Assembly: GCF_036365525.1 (NCBI RefSeq)
Contig: NC_090372.1
Span: 74,758,078-74,822,077 of the forward strand
Direction: 5' to 3'
DNA length: 64,000 nt
Source of the DNA: Heterodontus francisci
Taxonomy: Eukaryota
The notes under the pieces are model-generated. The model did no database searches. It saw only the letters and a program-made list of their open reading frames with translations, and was not told where the DNA came from. A program made the position numbers and the translations under genes. The stretch's first letter is position 1. Each line of letters begins with the position of its first letter. Below are positions 38,821-53,035 of the stretch, one piece after another.

Positions 38821-41800
38821 AGCAACATGAAATAACCCCGTTTATTATATATAATACATAAACATGGAAGATGCCAGTTTATTATATGTCTATAGCAAAT
38901 AAACAGGTATATTGCATATTGATATGCATCCATTGATAGGCACACACAGTACTAATAACCGCAAATATTATGCTTTGGCACGTCGTCTGTAAATTCAATA
39001 TTTGAGGTTGGATAAATGGCCTTGTTTGTGCACTATATATTTTCATTTTTTAAAAGTTCAATTCCGGTTTTATGCAATATATTGGACACATAAACGACTA
39101 AACTAGGTCTCCAATGCCACAAGTGCTCATATATATTTAATTTTTAAAGGATTCCATTTTTCGATCCATGTTGTCGGCAATGTAACCTAGTATACGCTAT
39201 TATTGTACTGTATTCTAAATGAAAGTAAAGCAACGAGTCAATTATGAGTGTACATCCAGGCAGATCTGATTTAACTAGAACCAGTTATATTACAACAATA
39301 TGGCTCCAGTTTATTTTTCATTTATAAAAACAAGTTCGACGCGGCTCAATAGTATTTGGTTACAAATTATAAAGTAAGTTCAACAATTGTATAGTCAGTC
39401 TGGCGAAATTTTATTTTAAATACTTATCGGTAGCCTTTTCAAAAATATGTATATACTGTTCATTGGGGGCGGGAGTTGGGTGGTGGGATGGGGACGGAGG
39501 ACAGCGGGGGGGGGGGGGGGGGGGTGAGGGGGGTGTGGGGGGGGGGTGCGGTTGGTGGTGGGATAGTATTAAACATCCACTGCAAGCAGTCCGTGGTTCT
39601 TCCTTGAATTCATTTTAGGCACTTTTGACGAAATATTCTTTTGTAATGATGCACACTAAACATTAGATTCACATTTTATGGTTCTTATTATTGAGAATAT
39701 TAGGTAATGGATAAATTTACTGTATGGTACGACATTAGTAAAAAACACAAAAAAATAAAGCGCATTTTGTAGTGCACATATTCAGTATCTCATACAATGA
39801 ATGATGTACGGCCTTGGAATTGATAGTGTGGCAGCAGCCGCGTGAAAAGAAACAAAATAAATCAAATAAACTGCTTTTAACAAGATAAATAAACACATCG
39901 ACTGCAAATAGAACAGTCGCTCCAAGTTAATCTAATTTGGATATAGACACAATGATGCAAATATTTGTATATTTTAAAAAAAAGTAGAGATAAGACTAGC
40001 AAAATGAAATTCAAAACTACATTGAAGACATATCCAGATCTTAATACGCCTTCGGTTCTCGACAATGGCTTCTTCGGGTTTTTTTCTAATGCTCATAGAA
40101 CGATAGACGATGTTATATAGATGATACAGAGCATAAAATCCTTAAAGTTCGATTAGTAATGCTTTGTTTCGTGTATTTCTCACGAAATGTTAAGTCTTTT
40201 GTGGCATTCTAAAGTAAAATGGGCGAGCTTCTCCGTGAGGACTGCACAGGAGACCGTTCCTGAGGCTATTTGGCAACACAAATTCAATGATCCAAAATGC
40301 ATTATCGTTTTTACAATAAACCAGGTTAATCGCTCGTGATCGCCACTGTAACTCATAAAAGTTACATTTATTTACTGTAAATAGAGATTCACAGTTCAGG
40401 ATTAATCCATTGGCGCAGAACGATTGGAAGAATTGAAAGCTAAATAATTATGTTCTGGAATGTCAGTTGCAACTGATTGCATTTTCTGCTTTGCGGTGCT
40501 TTTATAACAAAGATCACATTGACAATATGATTAATTTTACTTCAACCTTTATCTTGCAATGAAAGAATAACAAGAACCACCTCAATAATCAGAAATGTGC
40601 CATTGACTGTTCGATAGCTACGTTGAGCCTTTTACCTTTAGCACATTTTACTTAAAGCCCAAGAACGACAAAAAAAGGCCGAAAAAAGGTTTTGCACTTG
40701 ATTAATTCTTTGGGAAACATTGATAATTGTCAGTTCCATCTGTAAAATGATCTGTTTTGTTCGCACCAATCAACAATGGTTACCCATAACTAATAAAACA
40801 TTAAGTAGCTATTTCTTCCTCATCAGCGTAAATAGAAATCTTGTGATATATCTAAACTCAGTGCATCTAGAAAACAACTATAAGCGGATTATTAGACAAG
40901 CCTTGATCAGAGAGAATGCGGGTGGTTGGTTCTCTTCAAGTATTTTCCAACAAATATTGAGTTGGATTTTACAAGAGGATGCTGTGATTGGTTCGAATGA
41001 GTCATGTGATGAATGCAGAATTTTATAATCCCACAACATTTTGGCAAATCAGCTTTCATTTTCCTATAGGCAACTGTTGGATGCGGCTTAGCTTGTATTA
41101 AGAAATGACACAAGCGGAGATAAATGAATTATTTTAGCTTGGGCATTACACATTTAACATTGATCGGAATTAAATGTAACAAAAATCCATTGTTCATGTA
41201 AGCAAGCCTGCTCAGCTTAGTCGCAACTAATAATGGTAAAGGGTGCATTTCTATAATGTCCACTTTAAAAATAAAAAACAGTTTGCATGTCTATGGAATT
41301 CCTCTGTAATTCGGTATTTTTAAATGAAAATTTGAGGTGAAAAGCTACAATTTTTAGTTGATGCAAAGGTAAAAATGCAGATAAAAGTGTGTTTCTACTT
41401 TCTATAGAAAAAAAAGCTTATGGAATTTCACATATTATCCACAAGTTCGATTTGAAATGAATGTGGAGTGCATACTTAATAATTTTATCAGCACAATTCT
41501 TAAAATCTCGTATTATTTGTAACTAAATTATATAACACCACTGAAAAAAAACAGCTAAGCGATTGCTTTAGTTTTGTGAAATTACATGTTAAAATATACA
41601 ACTACTTAATCAGACACGGTGTACAGGAGTATGAAAGTGAATTGATAAACGTGGCCAACAGATTAGCAGAAGCAGATGGAAAGAGATCCAGATAAAGACA
41701 GATAGAGTGATCCAAGGGTGAATGTGGACAGACACGTTGTAGACTGATCACCATCATTAAAATAAAACTATGCATTTCACAAATGTGCTAGCGATCAAGT

Positions 41801-42197
41801 TTAGCTGATCCGTTTGGTTACTCTTTCGTTAGTTATTTTACAGCGGCTGAAATTTAAACTACCCGTGAGAAATAATTTACAAAACGCGTTACCATAGCCT
41901 TTTCCTTGATTCTATACCTTCGCGCTTGTGATTCTAGTACAATACCAAAAGCTTGGTAATTGTTTTTGGAGGTTTTATTGTTTATAATAGTGAATCATTC
42001 CTGGCGAGTCTTTGAAATTCGAACCCTTTAAATAATTTCTCTGAGCGTTTCCACAATTTAAACGATGCATAATTAGTTGTTAGTATTACTGACCTACATC
42101 TGACGGTCCTAGTTCATCCTCTGCTCGTTTACTGTTGAAACAATTACGTTTGGTTGCTCGTTTGCTCGAAGCCCGTTTAAATGAATATCCGCAGATT

Positions 42198-42214
42198 AAC
42201 AGTAGATGGCGCAA
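42198..42214 (+). promoter_or_regulatory. Candidate CTCF site 3' of HoxA13
   Basis: AACAGTAGATGGCGCAA is a near match to CCAGTAGATGGCGC. Confidence 0.5.
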
Positions 42215-43865
42215 TTGCTCTACCTTTACACTTCATGACTATTCATGAGCAGTTAATAGTCAAGGTCAAAGACTATCAGTTTTCGTCAAGGTCAAGGTTT
42301 AAGCCCCCCCCCCCCCCCCCCACCCCCCCCCACCCCACCACCACCCCACTCCTAACGCCCTGCCTCCATATTAAAACCAAAGGCAGACCGTATATTCCCA
42401 ATCAGAATATGGACAAAATATATTGCTTTTAAACTTTCAGCATATTTTAATACACGCGTAGGGATCCACTTCCAAAAAGCGTTTCTATCATGATAATCGT
42501 GATGCTTTTCCTGGTAGTCATGTTTTCGATTTGAAGCAGTAGGGAATATTCATGGATACCTTTTGATGTCAGCAAATTGCTAGATTATTTCTAGAAAATC
42601 TTTAGTACGAAAGTATGGTTTTAAGGTATTTAAACCCCTAAACAAATGGCCTGGTTAACATCAGGAATAAATCTAGCTGGCCCATATTTCTTTGCATTTT
42701 TGTTTTAAAAGCTGTTAGCTGGCGTCATGTTTCTTAACAAAAAATTCGACGCTGTTGTTTATGAAGATATTTTATTCGTGAAATAATTTGTTGTAATGCA
42801 TGTAATTCACTAGCTGAAAAAAGACAATAGGGTATACAGATTAAACAGCTGCATAATAGTAATGCCAGACATTTTAATTTCATGATTATCATTCGTGGTT
42901 TAATTTTGTAACTATTATTGGTATATATTAACTAAGTAGGAGGGTGCATGCAGATAAAACAATGCGTTATTTAAAAAAAAATACAATTGCACGCAGATGT
43001 TGTCATCTTTAGGAAGGAAGCTGTGCGCCTTAAGTCTGCGTGGAGGCTAATGCTATGTGAAGTGGGTAATATAACAAGCAGACAGAAAAGACTTAATATT
43101 TAGTTCATTTACACGGGAGGAGATGGTTTCATGATTGCAGACAGATCTTAATTCTACTCTGTAGAAAATGGCAATCTACTTTGCTATTTAATTACGAAAG
43201 GCGCGGATGCTCCTAAATATATACATAAGACGAAATGTAGAGTGCTAGAATAGTAGGTATTTAATTGTCAATATACATTGCTATTTAGAATATATTCTTC
43301 ATTCTACCTGTACATTAATATCTTTAGAGATAGCGCATCCCATCCAAAGAAAATGTAGTGCGTAAACATTTTATTATACATTTCACGATATATCCCATGG
43401 TTTACCTGAGGAAAAATTAGCATGCACTCTAGTTTTTTGTTAACCAGAACATTCTCCAGCAATACACATTTTTAGGTGCGTTGATGATGTTTATGTGAAG
43501 GCAATGTATAAATCAAATTGGTACTCTTATTCCTTTGAAGTGATATATTTTATATGCAGTAAACAATTAATTCTGTATGTTTGCTACATTTAAAAATTGC
43601 AACCCTTTAGATTCTTAATTAATGGACTTGACTTATTTTTGGCGAATATTAGTTTGCTTTAACAAAACCTTTATACAATGTCTTTCCTAGATATTTACTA
43701 GTGTGTTTATGCTTTTTTTTTAAATAAGAAAAAGCAATGAGCAGGCAGAAAGAAAAAAAATCTAGCATCAAGAAAAGGAGCTGTGGTGGGTTTTTTTTCT
43801 CCAGGCTGAGATCAGTTATTTTTAAAATTTTCAAAAGAAGTCCGAACGTTTCTGGAATTGTCGCA

Positions 43866-44110
43866 CTAGCTGTTACTTTTCAGTTTAGTAAGAACTTTCT
43901 TTTCTTTGACTCGTCTGTTTTGAAACCAAATAGTGACTTGTCTCTCAGAGAGGTTTGTTGATGCCGATATCCTCCTTCGTTTGTCCTTGGTAATGAATTT
44001 ATTGGTTGCATATTCCCGCTCAAGTTCTTTCAACTGCACTTTAGTGTAAGGCACTCTTTTCTTTCTCCCACGCCGAAAAGAGCTCGCATCGGAAGGATGC
44101 GAAACGACGT
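43866..44110 (-). CDS. HOXA13: HoxA13 exon 2 (homeodomain)
   Basis: Acceptor ttcacag|AC. Encodes [72 protein letters not shown]. Stop TAG at 43868-43866. Confidence 0.97.
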
Positions 44111-44511
44111 CTGTGAAGAGAAAAACACACCTTACCATCCATGGCATTTAGCAGCAAATAAAAGTTTAAAACCGGCAGTGTCGCCGGAGTCAAGTTCAAG
44201 ATTGCACCATGGAGATGTTATATCGACTGTACATTTTGTAATAAATTATATATCAGAAAATATAATGTTGAAAAATGCGTGAGAATTGTGGTGATTATGA
44301 AAAATTATGCAAGTTAGTATTTAGCTAGTGCACTAAACATTGAAGTTTATGATAATATAGAAGTACTTGTCTTAGAGAATTATGCATATAATTTCCTAAT
44401 ATAATCTATTTTATATACTATCCAGCTACCCATATGTATTTACACATCAGAATGTCTTGTCCCCTTTATTGCACTAGTTTCTCGTGTTAATTGTGTTTTA
44501 TCTATACTTAC

Positions 44512-45160
44512 CTGGCAGGCTCGATTTCCAGAGGTGGGTAGCTTGCGGTTGCTCTTTCGAACAGCAGACTTGACCATTCCACCCATTGGTAATTGCCCAG
44601 GGCTGGTAGCTCTCCATGGGTAATAATGTGTCGTGTCTTGGTTCCCCCGGAGCGCTGATGGTGGGAACCACAGGTACGTCCAAATAGCTGGGCATCGGTT
44701 GGTACGGCCCCGCGTAACCTTGGTAGAATGCGAACTCCTTGGCTCTGGAGGTGAATTCCTCGCCGGCGGACGTGTCCATATATTTGTCGGCAGGATAGCC
44801 AGACAAGGTGGAGGGCTGAGCGCAGGACTTAATGCTGCTATGGTGGCTCATTCGGCAGGGATAGTAACTGCTCCCAAAGTATCCATAAGGCAGGGCAGCA
44901 CTGGACGAAGTTTGAGCAGCAGGACAAGGACTACACTGTTTGACAGGTTCAGCAATACCAGACGCTGGCACTTCACTCGACGTGTAGGCAGAGCTGGGAG
45001 CTAGGGATGCTGGATGGGCCATCAAATTCCTGCATTGATTTGCTGTGAAGTTCCCTCCTGAAAATCCATCCATGTTTTTATTAATTTCATCCAAACTATT
45101 GTCGTAGACGAACATCACAGTGTCGATCCAGCGGGGATGAAGTATCACGGACGCTGTCAT
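44512..45160 (-). CDS. HOXA13: HoxA13 exon 1
   Basis: [21 protein letters not shown]...QCRNLMAHP...[13 protein letters not shown]...[14 protein letters not shown]. Phase-1 donor G|gtaagt at 44512/44511. Spliced CDS is 894 nt, 297 aa. Confidence 0.97.
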
Positions 45161-48100
45161 ATCACGTCCAACATTGAGACTAGTGGCCGTTTTAAAAGCC
45201 CCTAAGACTGAAAAGAGATACTGAGTCTCTCAGACTTAGCAGCATTGACGCGCCAGTGTCGCTGAAACTTGCCTCCTCATTGGCTGCGAGATGATCACAT
45301 GATATGCAAAGTAGATGATAAATATATGAAGAATAAAAAGGTAGGTACTCCATTAGTTTAATAAAACCACGTTTGATTATTTACGTGAACGAATGATTGG
45401 AATAAATGCATTTACTAAAACAACAAAATACCAGCGGTGCACAAAATAAGCCAGTTATGTATAAGCATCACATAGGTAGGTGTAAATGAAAACGCATGAC
45501 AAGACTGGAAAGGTAATATTTTGCCTATACACAAAACAAGCCAGAGCTAAAACTGCTGGCTTTTGCATGTAACAAAAGAAATAATTTACATAATTATAGG
45601 CTATACGACATAAATACTTTAAATTTCATGGCTGTATATTTGTGTATTTGCTTATTATGCCTGCAGTTGAGGTTACTTTTGCATAGCTGATTCTACAATT
45701 CATCTTTTTATAATCTATACCCTCTTATCGGTGAAAATGCACTTCCTTCTAATAACAGTTGCCGTTTAAGCAAAACCTGACATGTGGATGGGCTAAAACT
45801 GAACCTTTCCTGCTTTTTTGCATTTCACTACATAAATAAAATCTCAAGGTATTTTCAACCAATAAGAAAATAACATTTAAAAAATAGGTAGCAGCACCAT
45901 TTTATAGTAAAAAGGAAACATCTGTATGACCTTTGTATTGCTTCATGACATAACTCGTTAAACCAAATAGTAATAATGCCGCAGAACAGTCCGAAATTAT
46001 TCCAGAGCCTAGATTTCTTAATCCGTGATAAATAAATGCATCTTTTCACTCTGGATATAATATTTGTAATTAAACTGAACACCAGAGCAAGTTCATTAAA
46101 ATAAATCATTTTACATTTTTGAACTCAAGAGCAATGAAGTCGATTTGAATTTCCATACACAATATCCAATTAAAATGCTTTCTTGTTATAATAGCAAAAT
46201 TACTAGCCAGCCACAAATATAGATATATTTACATCAAAGGACATTTATAAGCCAGATAAGGATATTCACTAATTCTTCCTTTGCCGTTTGCCAGCCGCGA
46301 TACAACAGTATTTAAATAAATGTCAGCTTTCTTACTTCCCCCGCTAATGCAGCCGATTCGTGTTAACTTGCTTGCTGCAAAATACGTTTTCATTGAGCAG
46401 GAACAGTATTCACATAACTAGATTTCACACTGAAATATCAGTGCACATGTTTTATGACTACCCGGCACCATTTAATACATGGAAAAGGAATAAAATGTGA
46501 ATTATTTAACAATATCTACCACATTGTTAAATGTGCTAAAATCCATAAATATGATTTGTTTTATATCTATCCAGCACATTGTTAAAAGTGTTATTTGATA
46601 AATTTGAACTATATTGTAAATGCATTTGGAATGAATTTGCTGCAATTTGGCGAAAAGCATGGGGATAACCCGTCTTACTACAGTCATATGTCACATGATG
46701 AGGAAGGGTGGCTGCTGAAAATGCATAAAGTAAGCAAAAATATAGCCAATATTATTCAGCTGGCATGGGTGGTCGGAAAGGGTGATTTTTAATTCAATTT
46801 CAGTCACTTAATTGTATATCAGGTGTTGTGATAAATGAAATGAAAACCATCTCCTATCAGACGAACTCGTCAAGCTCGTTTCACCAAGTTGTTAGTCCTG
46901 TTTTTTTTCTCGAACAGGACCTAATGCCTGCAATGATGCAGCTGTTTAGAGCAATTATTTTACAAATAAAATCTTCCTATTTATTCTTTATAATTCCTCT
47001 TTCTCTCTTTTTCCTGCTTATCTCTTCCGTTCTCTTCTTTTCTTACGAGTTTTCTGTATGTTTTTACACTATTGTACTACTGGAATCATGCAATCGCTTG
47101 AGAAACAGCTACACGCCGTTCCTTCAAACTTCTTATAGATATTGGAAGTGATACGATCCTCGATGATTTAGGAGCTACTGACTATCGTTATTCAAGCAGA
47201 GACGCTGAATTCCAATTATGTTGAATATAAACATTCTCTGTCGACTAGCGTGCAATGAAATAGCGAGATTAAAACGTGTCTCCACCGTATCTCGAGATTT
47301 TCGACATGATCCGCCCTTTCGGATATCAACTGAAGGTGTTCATCGTTTTCTGGATTATAATTGTGGAAATATATCGAGATGATTTCAAAACATAAAACGT
47401 TGGAGCACAATTATGACAAGCCAAATAGGGAATTTTGATATTTTTTCTCAATATACCTTAAATGATTAACCTTTCAATTCCATGACCAACCCATACGATG
47501 GGAACTCATGCAATTTATACTTCAGTGATGATTATGTGATAAGGCAACTGGTATTCACTGACTGACAATGCTTCGTCTTCTTCACATGATTATTGGTTGG
47601 TGGGACTCTTTAGTTTGAATTTAATATAGATGGTGCAGCTTGATTTTTCCAGTGTATTATAAAAACAAATGGTCTTATTAGTATTTGTTTTTGGTGATTC
47701 AATATTTTGTAGAAGTGCATTTTTTTCACCTAACTCTCCCATGTTAATCGTTAATAGAGCCTTTTCTGCAATGCTAATCTCAGAATATACACCGAGGATG
47801 CGCCACACTTAATTGTGTAAGTCTTTTTGATTACCAAATTAAACATGAAAAAATGAGCACCGGCTGCGTCGTTTTGGATTACATTTTAACTTGAAATGCT
47901 TTTGAACAACAGCTTTACACGGAATCGTATTTAATTCTCCATTCTTGAGTTAAGAGAAGGCTGCCCCTCCCCCAACAAATTACATGTTAAATTGAAGCTA
48001 AAATTCGGCTGCAGACTTAAGTGATAGGTAGAACCGCTAGTGCCTTCCACTGATAAGAGTACTTGTGCTATGGGATGTATGTTTTCAAATACAAACTGTA

Positions 48101-50137
48101 ACATATTCAAACGGCCACATTGTCGATTCTACTACAAAATGGCAGCAACCAAATGGGCAGCTCTTTTACATACGGGTTAGACACGGCTAAAGGCCAAGGT
48201 CAAGTTGAAAGTTGCAGTCTAGCCGATGTGAGTGCTGTCATTCACGCGTTGACGACCTGTCTGAATTCTTATAAAGGCAAGCCGTGAGAATTGACTTTTC
48301 ATTGCCGTTTTGTTTGTTTTCTTTTGTTTTCCACTCACAGCCCTCCAAATGAAAAAAAGATTCCACTGACTATACCGTCTTCATTTCCAGGCTGTTTCTG
48401 CATGGCTGGCAAAAGGATGTGAAATGGATGCAGTCGTTTTAAGATACATTGCAAATTATATAGCATAGCATCCGGTTTAAATGCACTGTTTACAAAACCT
48501 CTTGTTTTGAGCTGACTGTTTGCACCAGAGGCCCGTCAATATTATTGGAAAAGATAGAGGCATTCTGTAGAAGATAAAACAACTGCCTTAATGAATAACA
48601 CGCCAAAGTATTGAGGGTCGTACTGTGGTGTAAGGTGTTATCTCCAAGGCATGGTTTCAAACTATTTACAGATCGGGACATCACCAATAAGAAGTAACTG
48701 TCCAGAGAGGTACTGTAACCTGCTATTCCGGATCTGCTCATGAACTGTAATGAAGCCATCTTTAGAACGATAATACAAATAAATCTTTTTTGTAATTATT
48801 GTCTGTTATTTCGTTTAATAAGCTCAGTATAGGTGCTTTCAAATGTATTATAGAACACTCATGCTAAAGCAGTCAACGTCCTAATCTGCTCTGTGTTATC
48901 AGCTTAGTTGTGCTTGTTCTGTTAGGCTTAAATTGCGAAAAATATATTGGGGCGCTTTTTGTGTGTCTGAAATCAAACCGGTCGCTGGGGTAAAACTACG
49001 TTGAGTGAGAACATATACATGGCTGTACACATTGGTTCATAATTTGGTGTGGCCTAAACATGCCCAACTGTTGTTCTCCCAATAAAAGGGAATTCGTATT
49101 TTGATTCATATTTATTGCATCAACATAGCGTTAAAATATTCAAGCTTTTGGGATCACCGAGATCTTGAAATGCCATTTTTACCTCATGAAAATAATTACG
49201 TGACCGAGGAAGCTTGTGTATTTTAATCCCCAAATTCTTCATTATGGATGTCAGTCCAGTCAAATGTCTCTGTATATTTTGTCAGTCGTGATTCCTTGGA
49301 GCAATAAGGCTTTAAAAAATATTTGTTCAACATAAATTTGGCAGCAAATAACATAGAAATGATATATTAACCGTACAGCTGTTAAAACTGGAACTTTTCC
49401 TACTTGTTAAGCTATCGTCCAAGAGTAACAGAATTAAAATATTTTCTGCTAATTTTATCTGTGGATGTTATACAATAGGTTTAAACTACAGTGTGGATTC
49501 AATTTTTCATATCAAAGAACTAAGCTGACTAAAATGCATTTGTTTTAACATCAGAAGACCCCATTTGTGGCAATTTTAAGGACTTATATTGCACATGTTC
49601 TCAAAGTTGCTATTTAATTTTGCATGATTGCCAGCCTAATACGCTTTAAAAGGAAATGGCATCCACATACTCCAGGAAATGGCATGTTAACATGCATTTA
49701 ACATTTTCATTATTTGTTCCCTTCATTGTCAATAAAAAATACGAATAATATGTAACAATTTAATGGCTAATTTAAATAGACAACTTAAGAGGTGCCGTTT
49801 TGATTTCTGATTTTTTTTTAACCACGTTTATCATTCACAACACTTATACTCCAGTATCAGTGCTCTTTCACTTGCTGTTGCTACCAGTATCTCAAAGCAA
49901 TGTCTTAGACAAAACAAAGAAACTCTTTACTCTTGCATTTCACTATTATAGATGTATTACTTTAGAATTATTTCTAGGCTTTGGACAATTTAATCACAAT
50001 AAATGATTATATTATTGCAATGATCATTTCATAAAACAATTACATTATAGCATGTTAACCATGAGTCTTAAGAATCGTATATGGAATAATTATGCAGTTA
50101 TTAGATTAACACCGGCACCGCAACAAACCAGTACGTA

Positions 50138-50506
50138 GGGAGGCGATGGCGCAGTGGGAATGTGACTGGGCTAGTAATTCAGAGACCCAAGCTACTGATC
50201 TGGGGTCATGGGTTCGAATCCCACCATGGCAGATGGTGAAATTTGAATTCAATTAATATGGGAATTCAAAAGCTAGTCTAATGACCAAGAAACCATTGTC
50301 GATTGTTGTGAAAACCCATTTAGTTCACTCATGTCCTTTAAGGAAGGAAATCTGCTGCCCTTACCTGGTCTGGCCTACATGTGACTCCCACAGTAATATG
50401 ATTGACACTTAACTGCTCTCGGCAGTGGCCTAGCAATTCAGTTCAAGGGCAATTAGGGGTGGGCCTAACCAGCGATGCCCACATCCCACAAAAACGAATA
50501 AAAAAA
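50138..50506 (+). mobile_element. Near full-length tRNA-derived SINE
   Basis: Pol III A-box TGGCGCAGTGG (50147-50157) and B-box GGTTCGAATCC (50211-50221). About 370 bp, ending in ...GCGATGCCCACATCCC...GAATAAAAAAA. A second copy of the same tail is at ~60261-60335. Confidence 0.85.
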
Positions 50507-51658
50507 GCCTGCCAAACATTTCATATTATTTTTCCTGAAACATTTCGTAATTCTATTCTGGAGCCCGACTGAGAGTTATCAAAATGATTAATCAATTTCG
50601 TTGTCCATAAACTGCTTAATTAACAATATCATAACATACATGTCATTAAATATATTCAAACTACAGATAGGATATAGTTCCTTGTATCTCTTTATTCTAG
50701 CACATCTCGAATACATTCAACCATCATTGTGACTGCTGACTCATGACACGCACCATTGACCAACTGCCTCAGACTAACTCTGTAGATGTATCATATCCTT
50801 GGAGAACAACTTGTTACTTATGAGAATATGTGTTGGCATACCTGGCCATATCAAGATTTCATATGTGTTTATATCACTTCAATTAATCAAGCTGTTTCAG
50901 AATACAATATAACTAATATTTTGCACATATTTTTGCGTTGGCTGCATTGATCAATGGCACAAACCCATAGACAATATGTTAAGAGGTTAACAAACTTCGT
51001 TTTTCACATTTGCTGATGTCAGTCCATCATTTGATATAAGATGCTGTTTATTTTTATCAAATGCAATTAAAAATACAAAATACTGTATTTGAATTGGAGT
51101 CAGTGACATCATTGAATTGTTAGTGCGTATTTGATTAGGTTCCTCACATTGGTGGGAGCAGCTTACGCTTTTGATTATACCACTTTTATTATGCAAAGTA
51201 GGTGTGTATATTTATTATGCTAATATTACAAAATAAAATTGCATGAACAGTTGCATAAAAAGTAAGTCAAATGCATCGCAACAATTGTTCATGAAACTGT
51301 TGCAATATACTTACCACCAACATTATAAAAAGGTAATGAGATCATTAGCGAGAAGATATGCTTTTGTAAAAGGTTAAAAAAAAAATCACTTTTTACGAAG
51401 TATTTTCTAACTTGCTAACAAAAAACAACGTAAATTTTTGTTCAAACTAGAAGAAAACAGGAAATGTGCAATGATAAACTTAGAATCGTTCTTATTTATA
51501 ATTCTACTCAAAATTTGTCTCTAATTTAAATTGTTTGGAACCAGTCGATGTCATTGTAGATAACGTTGTTTAACGTCAAAAGACTATTTGCATATTTCCT
51601 GCTTTAAACCGAACTACGTTGACTCTTCCTCGTTTCTGGCACCAGTTGTCAACAATTG

Positions 51659-51802
51659 TCAAAAATATTTACATAAAAAGATATTGAAATGTAAAGGTCC
51701 GGTTTCAGCACTGCAGCCCACAACTAAAATATTCATTCCAGTTTGCTGGCGGCAAATGAGCCTTTTCTGTTGCTAATACTGAGCTTGAAACCAAATTTTT
51801 AC
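51659..51802 (-). pseudogene. HOXA14: HoxA14 pseudogene exon 3 (3' part of the split homeobox)
   Basis: An intact acceptor ttctctttatag|GTA is followed by VKIWFQAQY*QQKRL (cf. PG14 VKIWFQNQRQKEKKL). In-frame TAG at 51775-51773. Confidence 0.9.
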
Positions 51803-51900
51803 CTATAAAGAGAAAATGTTACAGTAGTGGACTCCCATGAAAAAAAGCTCATTATTTATTTGCGTCCGCCTGGAACATTTTTCATTGCGAATCTCCTAGC

Positions 51901-52085
51901 CTGTTGTTCTGGTAGCCCTAGTTTTGCAACAATTATTTTTGCAGTTGTCATATTTCAATCGCCAGAAAGCAAGTTTCCTCGAAAGCGATGTTGTGCAGTC
52001 TGGGGTTTTCTATGATAAATTATTTTCTTCCTCTGTGTGTACTGAGCTCGTGGGTGGGCAGACCAGGGTGAATGAACACTCGGGG
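51901..52085 (-). pseudogene. HOXA14: HoxA14 pseudogene exon 2 (5' part of the split homeobox)
   Basis: Phase-1 acceptor tttacag|CC. Reads QRKKIIYHRKPQTAQ / IAFEETCFLAIEI*Q / IIVAKLGLPEQQ (cf. PG14 RKKRIPYSK.QI.ELE.AFEENRFLTPEIR.NIS.KLGLTERQ), with two frameshifts and one stop. The donor has decayed to GCTAGG. The 98-nt intron falls between Q44 and V45. Confidence 0.9.
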
Positions 52086-53035
52086 CTGTAAACGAATAAT
52101 ATCCCATTATTCGATTCAACTATTTTCATCATATTATTAATTATGTACAACTTTAGTAATATATGAAGAAAACGTCCCTCGTTTTGACTAAATGCATATA
52201 ACATTCCATAGTGATACTTTCTACATTATAAAACCCCAAAGGCATTAAGTATGTACAATGAATGCAAGTAACATTTTCCAGTACACAAATGTATGTGCAG
52301 ATATCAGCCTTGTGATAACTTCAATTTATGATCACAAACCATGAACCTTCTGTAAACTACTGCTACCCAAAACTCTACAAATGGGTTTAAATTCATTTAA
52401 GACAAGTATCTCTTCAAGTCGACACCAATGCACGCATGCACGAAGATGCAATCATTATACGAAGTTAAATATGTATTCCTCTTTAAACGACAAATGCCAA
52501 AGTTCATGGTTTGTAGGCATATAATATCAATAGATTTAAAGACATATGAATCAACACTAACTGGAAAACAAGAAAAAATATATTGTTGCACTGCAATATA
52601 ACTGCTGTCCACACTATATGAACCCAACGTTTCTTACATTTAACAAGTACAATGTCAAAGCTAAATATTAAAGTTGTTTTACTATAATACATTCTAAATG
52701 CTTGCAATTGCGAGACGTGAATTTATTTTCACTCCTTAACAAGACATATCATTTATTTGTTCTCCTCTAACGCCGCATCGTTTGCATGGGAAGTATTTTC
52801 TATTGTACTCTGTAACTCTATTGCATATACCTGTTACGTGCCAAATAATAAGTGATATATTTAATACTAAATGACTATTTTACAAAAACTGTTTTCTGTC
52901 GGTGTTGTTTACATCTATGAAGATAAGCTAGATATAAGTGTTCCAAATCAAGGTGTCTTGGTAGTGTTTGCTGTTTATTGCTTTGAATTTTCATCCCTAA
53001 TATTTTATTCCTTATTCTTATCAAACATACAGTGT

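Noticed and set aside
50138-50225. tRNA-like A and B boxes
   Set aside because: This is the head of a SINE with body and tail; no clean cloverleaf is apparent.
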